Positions 23,890-35,443 of a stretch of 35,868 nt of DNA are shown here, one piece after another. The notes under the pieces were generated by a model. That model was not told the DNA's origin, ran no database searches, and saw only the letters and a list, made by a program, of their open reading frames with translations. The number at the start of each line of letters is the position of its first letter. Position 1 is the stretch's first letter. The stretch is from Bugula neritina (Eukaryota; Animalia; Bryozoa): positions 1 to 35,868 of the forward strand of contig CAXIUT010000239.1 in the NCBI GenBank assembly GCA_964035545.1, read 5' to 3'. Made by a program: the position numbers and the translations under genes.

Positions 23890-25337
23890 ATGATAGTTAT
23901 AATTCTCCTTCCCTTACTAATCTCCTCTCTCACCATCAACAATCACTTCAAAGATTGCAATTCCTCTCAATATGACTTCTTCAGCTAGTACATCTTAGGA
24001 AAACAAAATTAACTCAATAGAACCTTCTAGATTCTCAATAAACAAGTCAGTCCTCTGCCTTAAGTCACTTATAATTCAAGCTAACACTTCTATCGCTATT
24101 CTATTTCAAAAACTAAAGCCAGTTTTTACTACAGAGATAGCTAGCAAAGGGCTCAAATCGTAGGAGATAACACTATTTATATAAAAGGAGGAAAAACATA
24201 AGCAAATTTATAATTTAAATGGACATTAAATGAGATGTAAGGAATAGGAACAGCATAATGTCTAAGCGACCAAATAACTTTTTCTAAAACTGTTTTTCTT
24301 GAGAGAGGATTCATAAAATACAAAATATTAGATTACACTAATATATCCTACTATTCGACTAATTGCACTATCACAAGAGTCGATCCAGAGCTATAACAAA
24401 AACATATAGTTGTGATGTAGGACATGATCAACACCCACGAAGGATATAAACATTTAAAAGAATATCTGGAATAATAAATCAGTCGCAAATATTAATAAGC
24501 CTTAAGCGAAAGTCTACATTTTTAAAGACAACCAGTTGACACATCGTATCAGTATCAATGGATTGATGAAACTCCAGGTAAAAAAAATATGACCATCAAC
24601 TACACTATACTACCCGTTGGATGCCATCTACAAACACACGGAATGTCTCTCAATTTTGTTACTTAAATAAGCTAGTATTAACATTGGGAATGTGGAGCCC
24701 CAGTCCCCACGTCTCCTAAAGATTAAAAGTATATTCATAGTTATATAGAAGCTATGGAGGAGTTCAGGAGTATCTTTCCCTTTCGATCCTTGAAAATACT
24801 ATTAGATACGCAATAGAACTAAAACAACTAGATACAGAACTGAATAAATAGAATTGGTAATCAATAATGTTCCAATTCTATGCAGGAGATCTCTACGCTA
24901 TAATTCCCTTCCTAGCAACTAAACACTATGCCAGCTAAGTAGTAAAAGGACATTGCAACGCCACTACTAGTAATTTAAAACTGACATAATCTAGTCAAAA
25001 CAACCTCTTCTTGTCGATGCACTACTAATGCCAACTCAACATCAATTCTATCACTATCAGCTAGTTTACTATTGACCCTAATTTTGTTATTTAAACAGTA
25101 CCTCAACAAAAATACCTAGATTTCTATGTTAGAAAAGTCAATAAGTTCAGTCATTTTAAAGATGTAGGATAGTATAAAATATTCAACCTAGATCTAGCCA
25201 ATACAATACTCACTAAATGCCTCGAAAATGTCTAAAATAAAAAAGTCTTTGGAAGTGGATGGAAAATATATGCCAGAGACCTACCTGCTATCTAAGTCGA
25301 TTAAGGACTACTTCTCATCTACGATAAAGCCAACTGA
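23890..25337 (+). CDS. Secreted protein, possibly BPI/LBP (TULIP) lipid-binding fold, ~475 aa
   Basis: Signal peptide MIVIILLPLLISS, 20-nt intron at 24729-24748, beta-rich pattern and AGDLYAIIPFLATKH. The ORF is solid; the fold is tentative. Confidence 0.6.
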
Positions 25338-25344
25338 TCTTATA

Positions 25345-25500
25345 ACTAAATATCCCTCATTGAATAACTGAATATCTATCATTGAATAATCTAATATCTA
25401 TCATTGAATAAATAATTATTTAATCATTGAATAATCTAATATCTATCATTGAACAACTAAATATTTATCATTGAATAAGTAATTATTTAATCATTGAACA
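25345..25500. repeat. 22-bp minisatellite around ATCATTGAATAA, about 7 copies
   Basis: Fills the gap between convergent stops at 25337 and 25512. Confidence 0.92.
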
Positions 25501-25511
25501 GCTATGAACAA

Positions 25512-26243
25512 TCATTTTTTGTTGTACTGTTTTAGCCATTCAGCTTTATCTTACAAATATCCATTCAGCTGGTAGTTAGGATCAGGCAAGTTTTTTTTAT
25601 GTCCTCCCCGTCTACTCACCTCTTAGACTTACTTTTATGGCTGTTTGATATTGATATTGGAACAGACCTTCAAATAATCCTGAAAAGTATACTCTTTATG
25701 AGTATTGTTCATGATATTCAGCTGAATCTCTTCGTTTCTTGGAAATATCATGTAGTTTGTTTCTACTCTATCTTTTTTGAGTTTTCTAAATGACTTTTCA
25801 CTATATAGTCTCTCAAGATCGTCTTTCACTCTTTTGTAGGTGTAGTTGAGTAACTAGTCGTCTACTTATAGTCCTCCTGGATGTTTAAGAATTAAAGACC
25901 TGAGTTCTTTTTCATTCTTTACATTGTATTTGTTATTCCTGCATATTTTGATATTTTCTTTGTTATTGCTTTTTTAGACAGGCTCAAAATAATATTTTTC
26001 TTTGAAAATAGGATCGTTTTTAACTACGTCTTCTATAAATGACTTCACAAATTGCTAGTCTACACTTCTGTTGGCGACAAACCTATTTTATTAAGCCATC
26101 TTTCGAAATGCTTAATTGTTTATCACCTTTTCTATCTTAATTGGGTCTCCATGACTGTTCTTAAACTCGTCTTCAAACAAAAACTTAAGAATTGTTAACT
26201 GTCCCTGGTCCTCTCTCGACAATGTCACCAAACTACTATTCAT
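25512..26243 (-). CDS. GTF2E2: Transcription initiation factor IIE beta subunit-like, ~243 aa
   Basis: KYNVKNEKELRSLILKHPGGLEVDD...YKRVKDDLERL...MIFPRN resembles the second winged helix of TFIIE-beta. Confidence 0.7.
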
Positions 26244-26380
26244 AGATATTTAATATTATAATACTTACGACTCTTTTCCCGCTATATCTTTTTAAACAAG
26301 TTTAATTTGGCATCTAAATATATAATTTACCAGATTTTGATTAATTACAACCTCTCTTCGCTCAATATATAATATATCTT

Positions 26381-28624
26381 ATGAAACTCAGACAATTACA
26401 CGTCAAAATTGGTCTCTGCAGTCTCAACAACGACCCTCTCGATTTCAAAAACAACTACAGAAAAATATGTTAAAGCATCGAAGAGTGCCGTCGTCTCAAT
26501 TGTTCCATCAGAGTAGGAGGATAACTATAAATTTCAGGATATTCATGTGAAGATCACTTCCTCTAATACGACACAGTTTTCCACTCTTGGGATATAATCA
26601 GAGATATTATCGCCTCAGGAGTAACTAATGGCATCGTTGTAGACATCGGTTGTCCAGTTCTACACAAAGCAGCTCTCTACAATGGCAGAATAATCATCTA
26701 TAACTCCAAGTTGATTGGTATTAGATGTAAGATGAGTCTTTTCGATGAAGGAAACACCTTTGAAACCAGATACTTTTCTGCCTGGAAACATTCCAGACAA
26801 ATTGATCAGTTTATGTTGCCTCAAATACTCCAAGATCTTACAGGACAACGGACAATCCCCATTGGCAGTTTTATCCTGAACTTTAACGACACCTTTGTTG
26901 CCTATTAAATAGGATAATAAGCCTGGATTTCTGACAATCCAATGATAGATGCTTCTCTTGACGGAGCATAGATCTTTCTCAGTCCTTCAGGATCAGAAGC
27001 TTAAAGAGGAAAGTTAAAAAGGAAGTTACAAATGCTTGAATAATTTACTTAGAGACATGGAGGAGCATATGCCCATGTTAATATCAAAGGAGGAATTGGT
27101 CAAAGAAACTTCTATGATGGTTGTTGCTTTTATGCTTAGAACGGAAAAGTAAAAGAATTGTCATAACCCTTTCATCTGGGAGATGTCCAAGTAACTCCTG
27201 TAGTAATAAACCTCAATGCAGTTAGAACATTCAGGATAAATAACAAATCGTTCCAGAAGGCCTCACATGGAGTATCTCTAATTCCTCGAGTTAAAATATA
27301 AACTAGTATCGCTACAAATGCAGAATAGTATGTTTATGATAGTTAAATTCATAAAAAAGAACTGAAAAGAAGAAGGAATCTGTATTAATTTTAACATGTA
27401 TCTTATGAACCTTCTGCTTATCTATGGGATTTCTTGAGAAAAAGCAGAGCTAGAGGATTTTTCTTGCCTTTATCTGGTGGATTAGACAGTTGCGCAGTGG
27501 CTCTTATAGTCTATAATATGTGTTTTCTTATCTACAATCAAATCAAACACTCGGCACAGTCATTGTAAATCCTATAACAAGTGAGGCAAGTAGTTAAAGA
27601 TAAAGAATATGTCCCTTGTAGTACTTAATAACTGTGTGGAAAAATACTATGGACAGCTTATTTGAGCACTGAAAATACGAGTTAATTAACTAAAAATAGG
27701 GCAGATAAAATAGCAAAACAGTTTGGTATCAATCATCGTAAAATAAATTTTGATAAGATATATCAATCCTACAAACAAATCGCATTAAAACAATTTAATC
27801 TTCAACCTAAATTCAAACTAGAAGGGGGATCTTAGAGGATGGACCTTTCTCTTCAAAATATTCAGGCAAGGACAAGAATGGTTCTATCATACTTCCTAGC
27901 TGCTTTAGAAGTAGAAAAAGCCAATCAACCAGGTTTTTTATTAGTCTTAAGCGCAGCTAATTTAGATTAAACTCTTAGAGGTTACTTCACTAAATACGAC
28001 TGTAGTTCAGCTGACATCAACCTTATTGGCTCCTTCTCAAAGTATCGACTCAGATAGTTTGTAAACTACTTTCAAGGAGTCCATAACTTTGATATTTTAA
28101 AAGAGGTGCTGGAAGCTACTCCTTCAGCTTAACTTAGACCTTTAAAAAAAGGATAGACAGTTCAAAATGATGAAGAAGATATGGGTCTATCTTATGCCTA
28201 GTTATGTGTGTTTGGAAGATTTAGAAAGATATAAAGATTAGGTCCTGTTTCAATGTTCGATAGAATGATTTATAAAGCAAGTTATTCAGATGTCTAAGAA
28301 TTGGCAACAAAAATAAAATTATTTTTTACTACATACGGCTAGAACAGACATAAAGCTAATACTCTACCTCCAGTATTTTACTATGATCCTGAGTGCAGTG
28401 AACACAATAGGTATGATATTCGACCTTGGGTTTATGCAACCGATTGGTCCTATCAATTCTAAATAATCGACGAGAGAGTAAGAGAGATCAAAAGCAAAAA
28501 ATAGCAACTAAGTAAAATATAAAAACAGCTAAATGGAGGACAATAAGACAAAAATATCAATGCCATTTTGCTACCACCCGTTAAAGAACAAAATAAAGAA
28601 GTAACCAGAATTCTTAATCTTTGA
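26381..28624 (+). CDS. NADSYN1: Two-domain (glutamine-dependent-type) NAD+ synthetase, ~747 aa
   Basis: RVGGELEISGYSCEDHF, YLWDFLRKS, LPLSGGLDS, LQNIQARTRM, GYFTKYDCSSADIN, DEEDMG. Intronless. Confidence 0.97.
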
Positions 28625-28661
28625 TAAATAATTATTCTTATTGTCAAATTAAGTATATATA

Positions 28662-29209
28662 TCAAACTGGAGGGTACTCTTTTGTTACTACCTCTACAAA
28701 TTAGTCGAAATTGATCCTACCGTCTTTATCTTTGTCTGCATATTCGATCATTTGTTCAATTTAGGTTGGAGAAAACCTTTAGCCTACACTTTCGCACATC
28801 TAACTGAACTATTACACTCCAAATGATCCTAAACCTTGCTTATCGAACATCTAAAATAAATGTCTTAAACTAGATTAGTTGGTATTATCACCACTAAATC
28901 CAAAAATCTTAAGAAAAGTTTAAAAATCCATTTAAACTTAACTAGATTGAGTTTGAACAATTTGAAGAATTTTTCCAGCCTATTTCTATAGTCCTAAAGC
29001 TTTGATAGCAGTTGATAGTTATTCAGTTGATACATTACCACTCTTATCATAATCAAAGATATCAAAACATTATTTGAGACGAGCTACATCATCAGCTGGT
29101 AAATTTTTAGATGCATAAGCAGAAGGGTCAAAGACATTAGCTTGTTTGAGATGAGAAGAAACCTTAATAAAAATAAAATTACTGATCTAAGAGGAGATTT
29201 CGTCGACAT
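28662..29209 (-). CDS. Centrin-like EF-hand protein, ~175 aa
   Basis: LKECFDIFDYDKSGNVSTEELSTAIKALG; VGERFSPTEIEQMIEYADKDKDGRINFDEF. 20-nt intron at 29163-29182. Confidence 0.92.
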
Positions 29210-29239
29210 AACAGTTAAATTCAATCTAAAATATTAATT

Positions 29240-29812
29240 ATGAATGTAATTAACAAACTCAAAAGCAAAAAGAATAAATAACTCAATTCGCAACAATAAA
29301 ATCTAATGGAAAATCAAATAACTCATCCTCAAATAGTAGAACCGTCAAATACTGTATCTATTCAGTCAACAATAAGTCAAAAAACTACAAATAACATTTC
29401 TTTATTTGGCGTTCATTAATAGAAAAGTTAAAGTTTTGAAAGAGACCTCGATTAAATAAATATTAATGAATATTATTAAAGAAAAGATAGAAAGAAACAA
29501 ATGATAGATAAAAGATAAAGCAGCTTTACTTTTCAATAAAATGAGATCAAAGAAGATCACTATAATCTCAAAGTCAAAAAAACATTTAATCTAGGCGATA
29601 TTTGTATCTTTGAAGGAGAACTAGCAAAGAAGGTATAAGGAAAGTAAGTTCAAAGGTATAGAGTAAAGCTTTCGTGTGGTTTTGATAGTATTTAATTTCC
29701 AGAGATGATTAGCAATATCCTTCTTTCTCAGATTACTATGCTAAACCAGCAAGAAGGATTGTTTGTTAGTGATGATATAATAAAGATAGCCTAAAAAAGA
29801 CAAAAGAAATGA
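29240..29812 (+). CDS. Hypothetical protein, ~190 aa
   Basis: ATG to TGA-T ORF that fills the gap between its neighbours. Confidence 0.65.
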
Positions 29813-29832
29813 TTATACTACTATTATAAATA

Positions 29833-31449
29833 TCACCTTTTGCTTTATCTTGATTTATACTTTCTATTGCTTTTTATATTTCTATCCAAATATCTCTCTT
29901 TCTAGTTTTATTTATAAAGATTAGTATTTTCTGTTTTCTAGATATTAGTTGGAGATTCTCTTGAAGAAGTAGTCCTAAATATAAAGTTGAAAGCTACAAA
30001 GAATACTAAAGTTGTTACTATTACACTAGATCCAACACAAATTAAAATTAAAAGAGTCATTGATATCTAGTATCCTTCTTTATTGTCTTTTATTTTTAAC
30101 TCAAGATCTTTTAGCTTTTTTTTAAGATATTTGACTTAATTATTGACCATAAACTGATCTATGACATTGTTTTTTCTTTAAGAATTACTTTTATTAAATG
30201 ATTTTGTTGACATTGTTTAGTGATTAAGTCCTAAATAATATTAATAAATAGCACTAGAAAAGAGTTTTCTCTCAGATTCAGATACCTTATTCGTAATATT
30301 AGTTCTATTAATAAGAGAAGAGTTGTTATTTTGGTACATTGATAGTTGATTTTATAACTATTTAATTTGAAGAGTTAAATTATTCAAATAGAGGATTTGT
30401 TTTTATTATATTTTTGATAATTTTTGTAGTTATTGAAAAAAGAATTTAATTAAATTATTTTGAGGAATTGTTTTATTTCCCTCTCGAGCCAGTGTTATCA
30501 TCTTCTTCAAATCTTCATATAATTACATACTCGAAGTATCTACTTCAGGCTCAATCAAAGTAAAGTTGACATTCTATTGATAGTTATTCATAGCCTATGC
30601 ATAAAGACTATTTCCATACACTTTTATCTGAGTCATCGTAAAATATCTCCAATTTCCATGGGCACTAATCACTTTCAACTTCAAAAACCTTATCACCTTA
30701 TTAGCAGTTCTAAAATCCTGCTATCCTGCAGTATTTTTAGCATTTGCCTCAACCAACTGAAACCAGTTATCCTTATCATCTTCTTTATCATATTGATCTA
30801 AAGAAAAAGCCCCATAAACTATAAACTAATTTATTGTACTAGAATAATACTAATTAGTTTTGATTCCTATTCGATATATACTTGCTTCTTCCTTCAAAGC
30901 AATCACTATTTCTATTGGCAGTTCTTAATCAGTATACATATATCGATCGTTGTTATCTTAAAGAAGTGCCTGAGGAGCTCTTATTTTATCAGAAGATAGA
31001 CGTAAAATAATGGCTCCTCCGTCAATACTAGCAAAATTTTAATAATATTCAGCTGCTTTAGTCATTACTTGTCCAATATCGAAATACTCCATCAAATCTG
31101 ACCTTACTTCTCTTATAAGATATACTATTTCTTAAAAAGTGACTGAAAGTGTTTATATAGTGCTCAATATCCATTGTATTATCAAATTTCTATTTTATAT
31201 TTCCTGAATATCTATTTATTCTTTAAGGTTAATCGTAGAATAGTTTTAACTGGGTTGAAAGAGTTGATTTTAGTCTATAAAAGATTGATATTAGTGCTTA
31301 TAACATTTTTTTGATCTATCAAAGCTTACATTAATCGATCTCAATATCTCAAAATACTACTCAGAGAAAGTCTACTCATAAGAACCACAAAAAGACAAGT
31401 TTATCAGAACTAGCAAAAAAAAGACCTTCCTAGAATCGCTTTTCCACAT
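29833..31449 (-). CDS. Mid-SUN domain protein (SLP1/SUCO-like), ~538 aa
   Basis: N-terminal hydrophobic segment, NFASIDGGAII, TNEYYSSTINEF, RFLKLKVISAHGNWRYFTMTQIKVYG, coiled coil, C-terminal TM. Confidence 0.85.
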
Positions 31450-31540
31450 CCACACGTCTATTACTATTATAATAACAACAAAGATTATTTAGGCTTAAAT
31501 ATTATCATTTTGAAATATAATTATATTAAATGTCCAACAA

Positions 31541-32719
31541 TCAATAGGCACAAGGTTTGTTGCTTGGCCATGCATCGGCATCAATCATTGCAACTTTTTC
31601 ATCTTTAAAAACAAATCTATCAATCGCATCAGCAACAGTAGAACCTACTAGTTGAGGTATTTTCTGAGTAGAAACATTATAAAAATTACCAAAACAAGCA
31701 TAAGAATGTTGACAACAACTAATAGTCCAGATACTATGATTGTTTTGAACGATATTTTATACAATGCTCAGATAATTAGTCCTATATCCTTAGATATAAT
31801 TCATTTGTTTTTAGTTACATCTAGATAGAGTCATTCCTGATACTCCAGCAGACATACAATCCATCCCCATTGATGTTTAAAGACCTACAGCATCATACTA
31901 CGAATTCAAAAACATCACCTTACTCTAGATAAAGTATAAAGCATTTTGAATACTAAAACATTTCCATTATTAGCCCACATATTTCTGATTACATCCTTCG
32001 ATGGGAGATTTCTAGTCTATATTTGACAACTTTATGAGATTTTTTGTCAAAACATCATATATATGAATAATAGTATTAGGATAACTCACATTGGCAAACA
32101 CACTTGAATCAGCTATAGTGTAGACCTTGCTAGGCTAGTCAACTAATGATCTAAAATAGTTACTCCACATCCAAGTAGCTACTCCTCCAGCTGACGCACC
32201 AGTCAAAATCACTTTACTTGCCTTGTTTATCTTATATCTATTCAATAACCATCTAAAATGCGATCTTGTATTATCAGCTCCTCTAAAGTATAATTGAGTA
32301 TCTTTATACGATACTGGATCTTTACTGCTACCTTGGTGCAATGAGCTGTCACAGTATGTTATAATTATCTTTGTAAAGTTGGCAAATTTACTCAAAGAAG
32401 GATCAGTTGATAGATATCCTCCAGGAGATAAGACTTATTTTGATAAGTATTTACTACTTCCCAAGTCTGTTTTAGATCTTTTATAACAATCTTCAAGAGT
32501 CTGTTCAACAGTCAAGCCAGAACAAAAGCCACCTCCTACAAAAAATATCAAAAAGTGTTAAGTATCTCCTCCCTAGTGTAGATATAAAGCAGGAGAAGAT
32601 CCATCCAAACATCTAGCTTAAGGATCTGTATTATGAATTACCAATTTATAAGGTTCTTATGCACAGTTGATCAAGGATAAACAACTCAGAAGAAACAAAA
32701 ATCCTATTTTAAGATGCAT
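31541..32719 (-). CDS. Pectinacetylesterase/Notum-family secreted esterase, ~392 aa
   Basis: Signal peptide, ARCLDGSSPALY, FVGGGFC, LGSS, YCDSSLHQG, LYFRG, LTGASAGG, CQHS, WPSNKPC. Confidence 0.93.
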
Positions 32720-32776
32720 TCTACTATTAAATATCAATTATAAGGTAAAAAGGAAAATTATTATTTACTTTGGGAA

Positions 32777-33154
32777 TCATTCGCTTTTTAGATAATTTTA
32801 ATAGTTATCTCTTTCTACTTAAGCCATTTCTTAGTAAAATTACTAAAAAGAATTGTTGTTACTGCTTTTTGATTTTTAATCCTCTACTAGATCTTTTTCT
32901 AAAGGAAAAGTAGACTTTTACTCTTCTTATTATAATCTTTGAGGGAGATATATTTCTTAAAAGGCTTAAAAGTATGATTTTTTAAATTGTTTTTATTCTT
33001 GCAGCTCTTAATTTTCATCTTTATATAACTAAAAGCTTCCTTGCTGATACTAAAGCTTTTGATCTTATAAATTAGAAGGATTCTTCTTGAAATATTATTC
33101 GGGACGCTCTATCTTTATCAAATAAACTCTAACTTTCTTATTTTAAGAGTCCAT
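32777..33154 (-). CDS. Small acidic hypothetical protein, ~125 aa
   Basis: ORF very rich in in-frame TAA/TAG/GAA, ending TGA-T. Confidence 0.6.
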
Positions 33155-33245
33155 TTCTCCAATAGTGATTAAATAATTATACTCTAAGAAATAACTTAAT
33201 TTTTTATTAAAAATATAAACAATTCTGAATTAAACAAGATATAAA

Positions 33246-34538
33246 TCATGATTCTACTTGAATTTATAATTCACTTTTCCATTCTAATATTTTGATAGGT
33301 AATAGATTGGTAGTTAGCAAAAAAGATTGAAATCTTTTTATTTAATTAATAAAAGAGATACCTAAATCAAAATGTTTATGACGGTTAACTTTAAGACAAA
33401 GACTACAAAATTGATATAATTTTTATGATGATTTGGAGAGTATATAAATCCATAAGGTAAGATCTATCCACTAGTAATACTTTTTATATTAGAACTAGCT
33501 TTACTCTAAAGATTTTATTATTAAATAAAACTGTTGATCGATTACTATTGAGGTTACCATTGCATAGCAATATTTAGGTAATGACCAAAAGGATTATTTA
33601 TTAAATTATAAATAAATAAGGTATATTCCTTAGTCTATTCTATTTATTAGTCTATGATGTTTTATTCTTTCATTCCATAGCTATAAATGGTAAAATAATT
33701 AAAATAGTTAGAGTTATTTCAAGTGTGTCTTCAAAAGGATGTTTGCTTTGAGATAAGTTCCTTGTTTTTATAGAAGTCTTCCTTCTGTAAAATTTTATCT
33801 CAACCTAAAACCTTCATCTGATGATAAATATCTCATCTATTACGAGGTAATTGGCAACTTCAAATGTAATCTTTACTGTGGTTATTCCACAACAATCGGC
33901 TACTCTTACATCACTGTGCAATACTACGATTAATGCTATGATCTCGAGTGATTTTCTTAGTCTTACTCTTTTTCAAATTAAAATTATATCTACTTTGGGT
34001 TATTCTTCATAATTTTAGGTTAATTTGGTTGTTTTTCAAGTCTATACTCATACTATCCTTATGATTTTTAAAATAAGAGTTAATTTTTTGACTTATTTTC
34101 TATCTTTATATCATCAATAGGAAACATCTTTTATATTTGAATTTTAGGTACTTTGAAATATCTTTTCAACCGGATTACATTATCAAATAGCACTAGAGTT
34201 TTAGCCTATGTCTATCTCCCAACAAGATACCTTCTTCCATTAGATAGCTACAGTCCAAAACAATGATGCTACTCAATAACAGAACATCTCTTAGACATCT
34301 TAGTCTGTCTCAAATTGATTACTTATTCTTAATTAGAAGTATCTTTGATAGTCATAGTTAATTCTGTTTTAGGGAGATAAATGATAAAAGATGTTCTTTT
34401 TTTCCATTTAGAAAAAAAACTTGATTCTCTTTTTATAAATATCTAAAAATGCAACTCTTCTTTAAGACTAGAACGATACTCTCTCTGCTTCTCACCTTAT
34501 CTCGCGTTACTTGATTCAGTCGACCTCTAACCTATCAT
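33246..34538 (-). CDS. PH-like plus START-like domain protein, ~430 aa
   Basis: FIKRESSFFSKWKKR (PH-like N-terminus); LWNERIKHHRLINRIDEGIYLIYL (START-like). Domain calls tentative. Confidence 0.6.
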
Positions 34539-34584
34539 CTTATTATCTGTTGAGATTTATTATCTATCACATAATATCCTACTA

Positions 34585-34740
34585 ATCATATTAACCATCT
34601 TAATCATATGTTAGTCACATGTTAGTTATGTAAATAATGTAAATCACATGATAATCATGTAAATCACATGATAATCATGTAAATCACATGTTAATCATGT
34701 AAATCACATGTTAATCATGTAAATCACATGTTAGTTATTT
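34585..34740. repeat. 20-bp minisatellite (ATGTAAATCACATGTTAATC) with 10-bp sub-period
   Basis: Directly visible, downstream of the stop at 34793. Confidence 0.92.
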
Positions 34741-34792
34741 TAATCAAGAGAATCAAATAATATGATACAATATTTAGATAACTTAGAAGAGA

Positions 34793-35443
34793 TCATTGAG
34801 TGTATTGTCTGAGACTTTACCTGGCAGTTTGAGCTCTTTGATCTTCTTCTTGATATTTTTTTTATAAATCTTGTAGTTTTTTCTTTTGAATGTTAGTGAT
34901 GCTCCACACTTGAGATTGATTCATTCCTTTCTGATAGTTATTAGATTTGATATTTCCCAAATAAAATAACTATTTACCTGGTGACCTTAGTTCTTGGTTG
35001 AAGCAGAAGGTACTCAAAGTCAATTCTGATTCATTTTATGAGATCGTGGTAGATAGATCATCTCCAACCATTAAACTTTGATACTGGTGGGCTATTTGTT
35101 CTTCAGGAAAGAGCATTGTACCTGCTGTTAAGGTAACATCCATCTATTTTCTTGCTTTTATCCCTAAGGTAACTTTTCTATGTGTATTGGAGATGATTTT
35201 AGTGATTTTGAGGTCATTGGATTGAGCCAAATTGTAGATATTATCTTTTTCTTTGATTTATTCAAAGCCTATTTCCTACATTGTTATTTTAGGATGACTT
35301 ATCCCCAGTCTCTTCTTCTACTTCTCCACTATCTCTACTACAGGAGTCAAATTCTTTAGAGTAAAGAATTTTTTGGGAGTATAGCTGTTGTAGTTTTGGA
35401 CACATTGTTTAAAAACTTACTATGTTTTAAGAGGATTGAACAT
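34793..35443 (-). CDS. Hypothetical protein, ~216 aa
   Basis: ORF with a globular-looking core (LTAGTMLFP...YQSLMVG...TFCFNQELRSP...QSQVW). Start uncertain. Confidence 0.65.

Noticed and set aside
31000-31040. IDGGAII resembling a diadenylate cyclase DGA motif
   Set aside because: The surrounding sequence matches a SUN domain and there is no RHR motif.
315-35443. Programmed ribosomal frameshifting
   Set aside because: Every frame change found is explained by a GT..AG 20-mer, so no frameshift is required.
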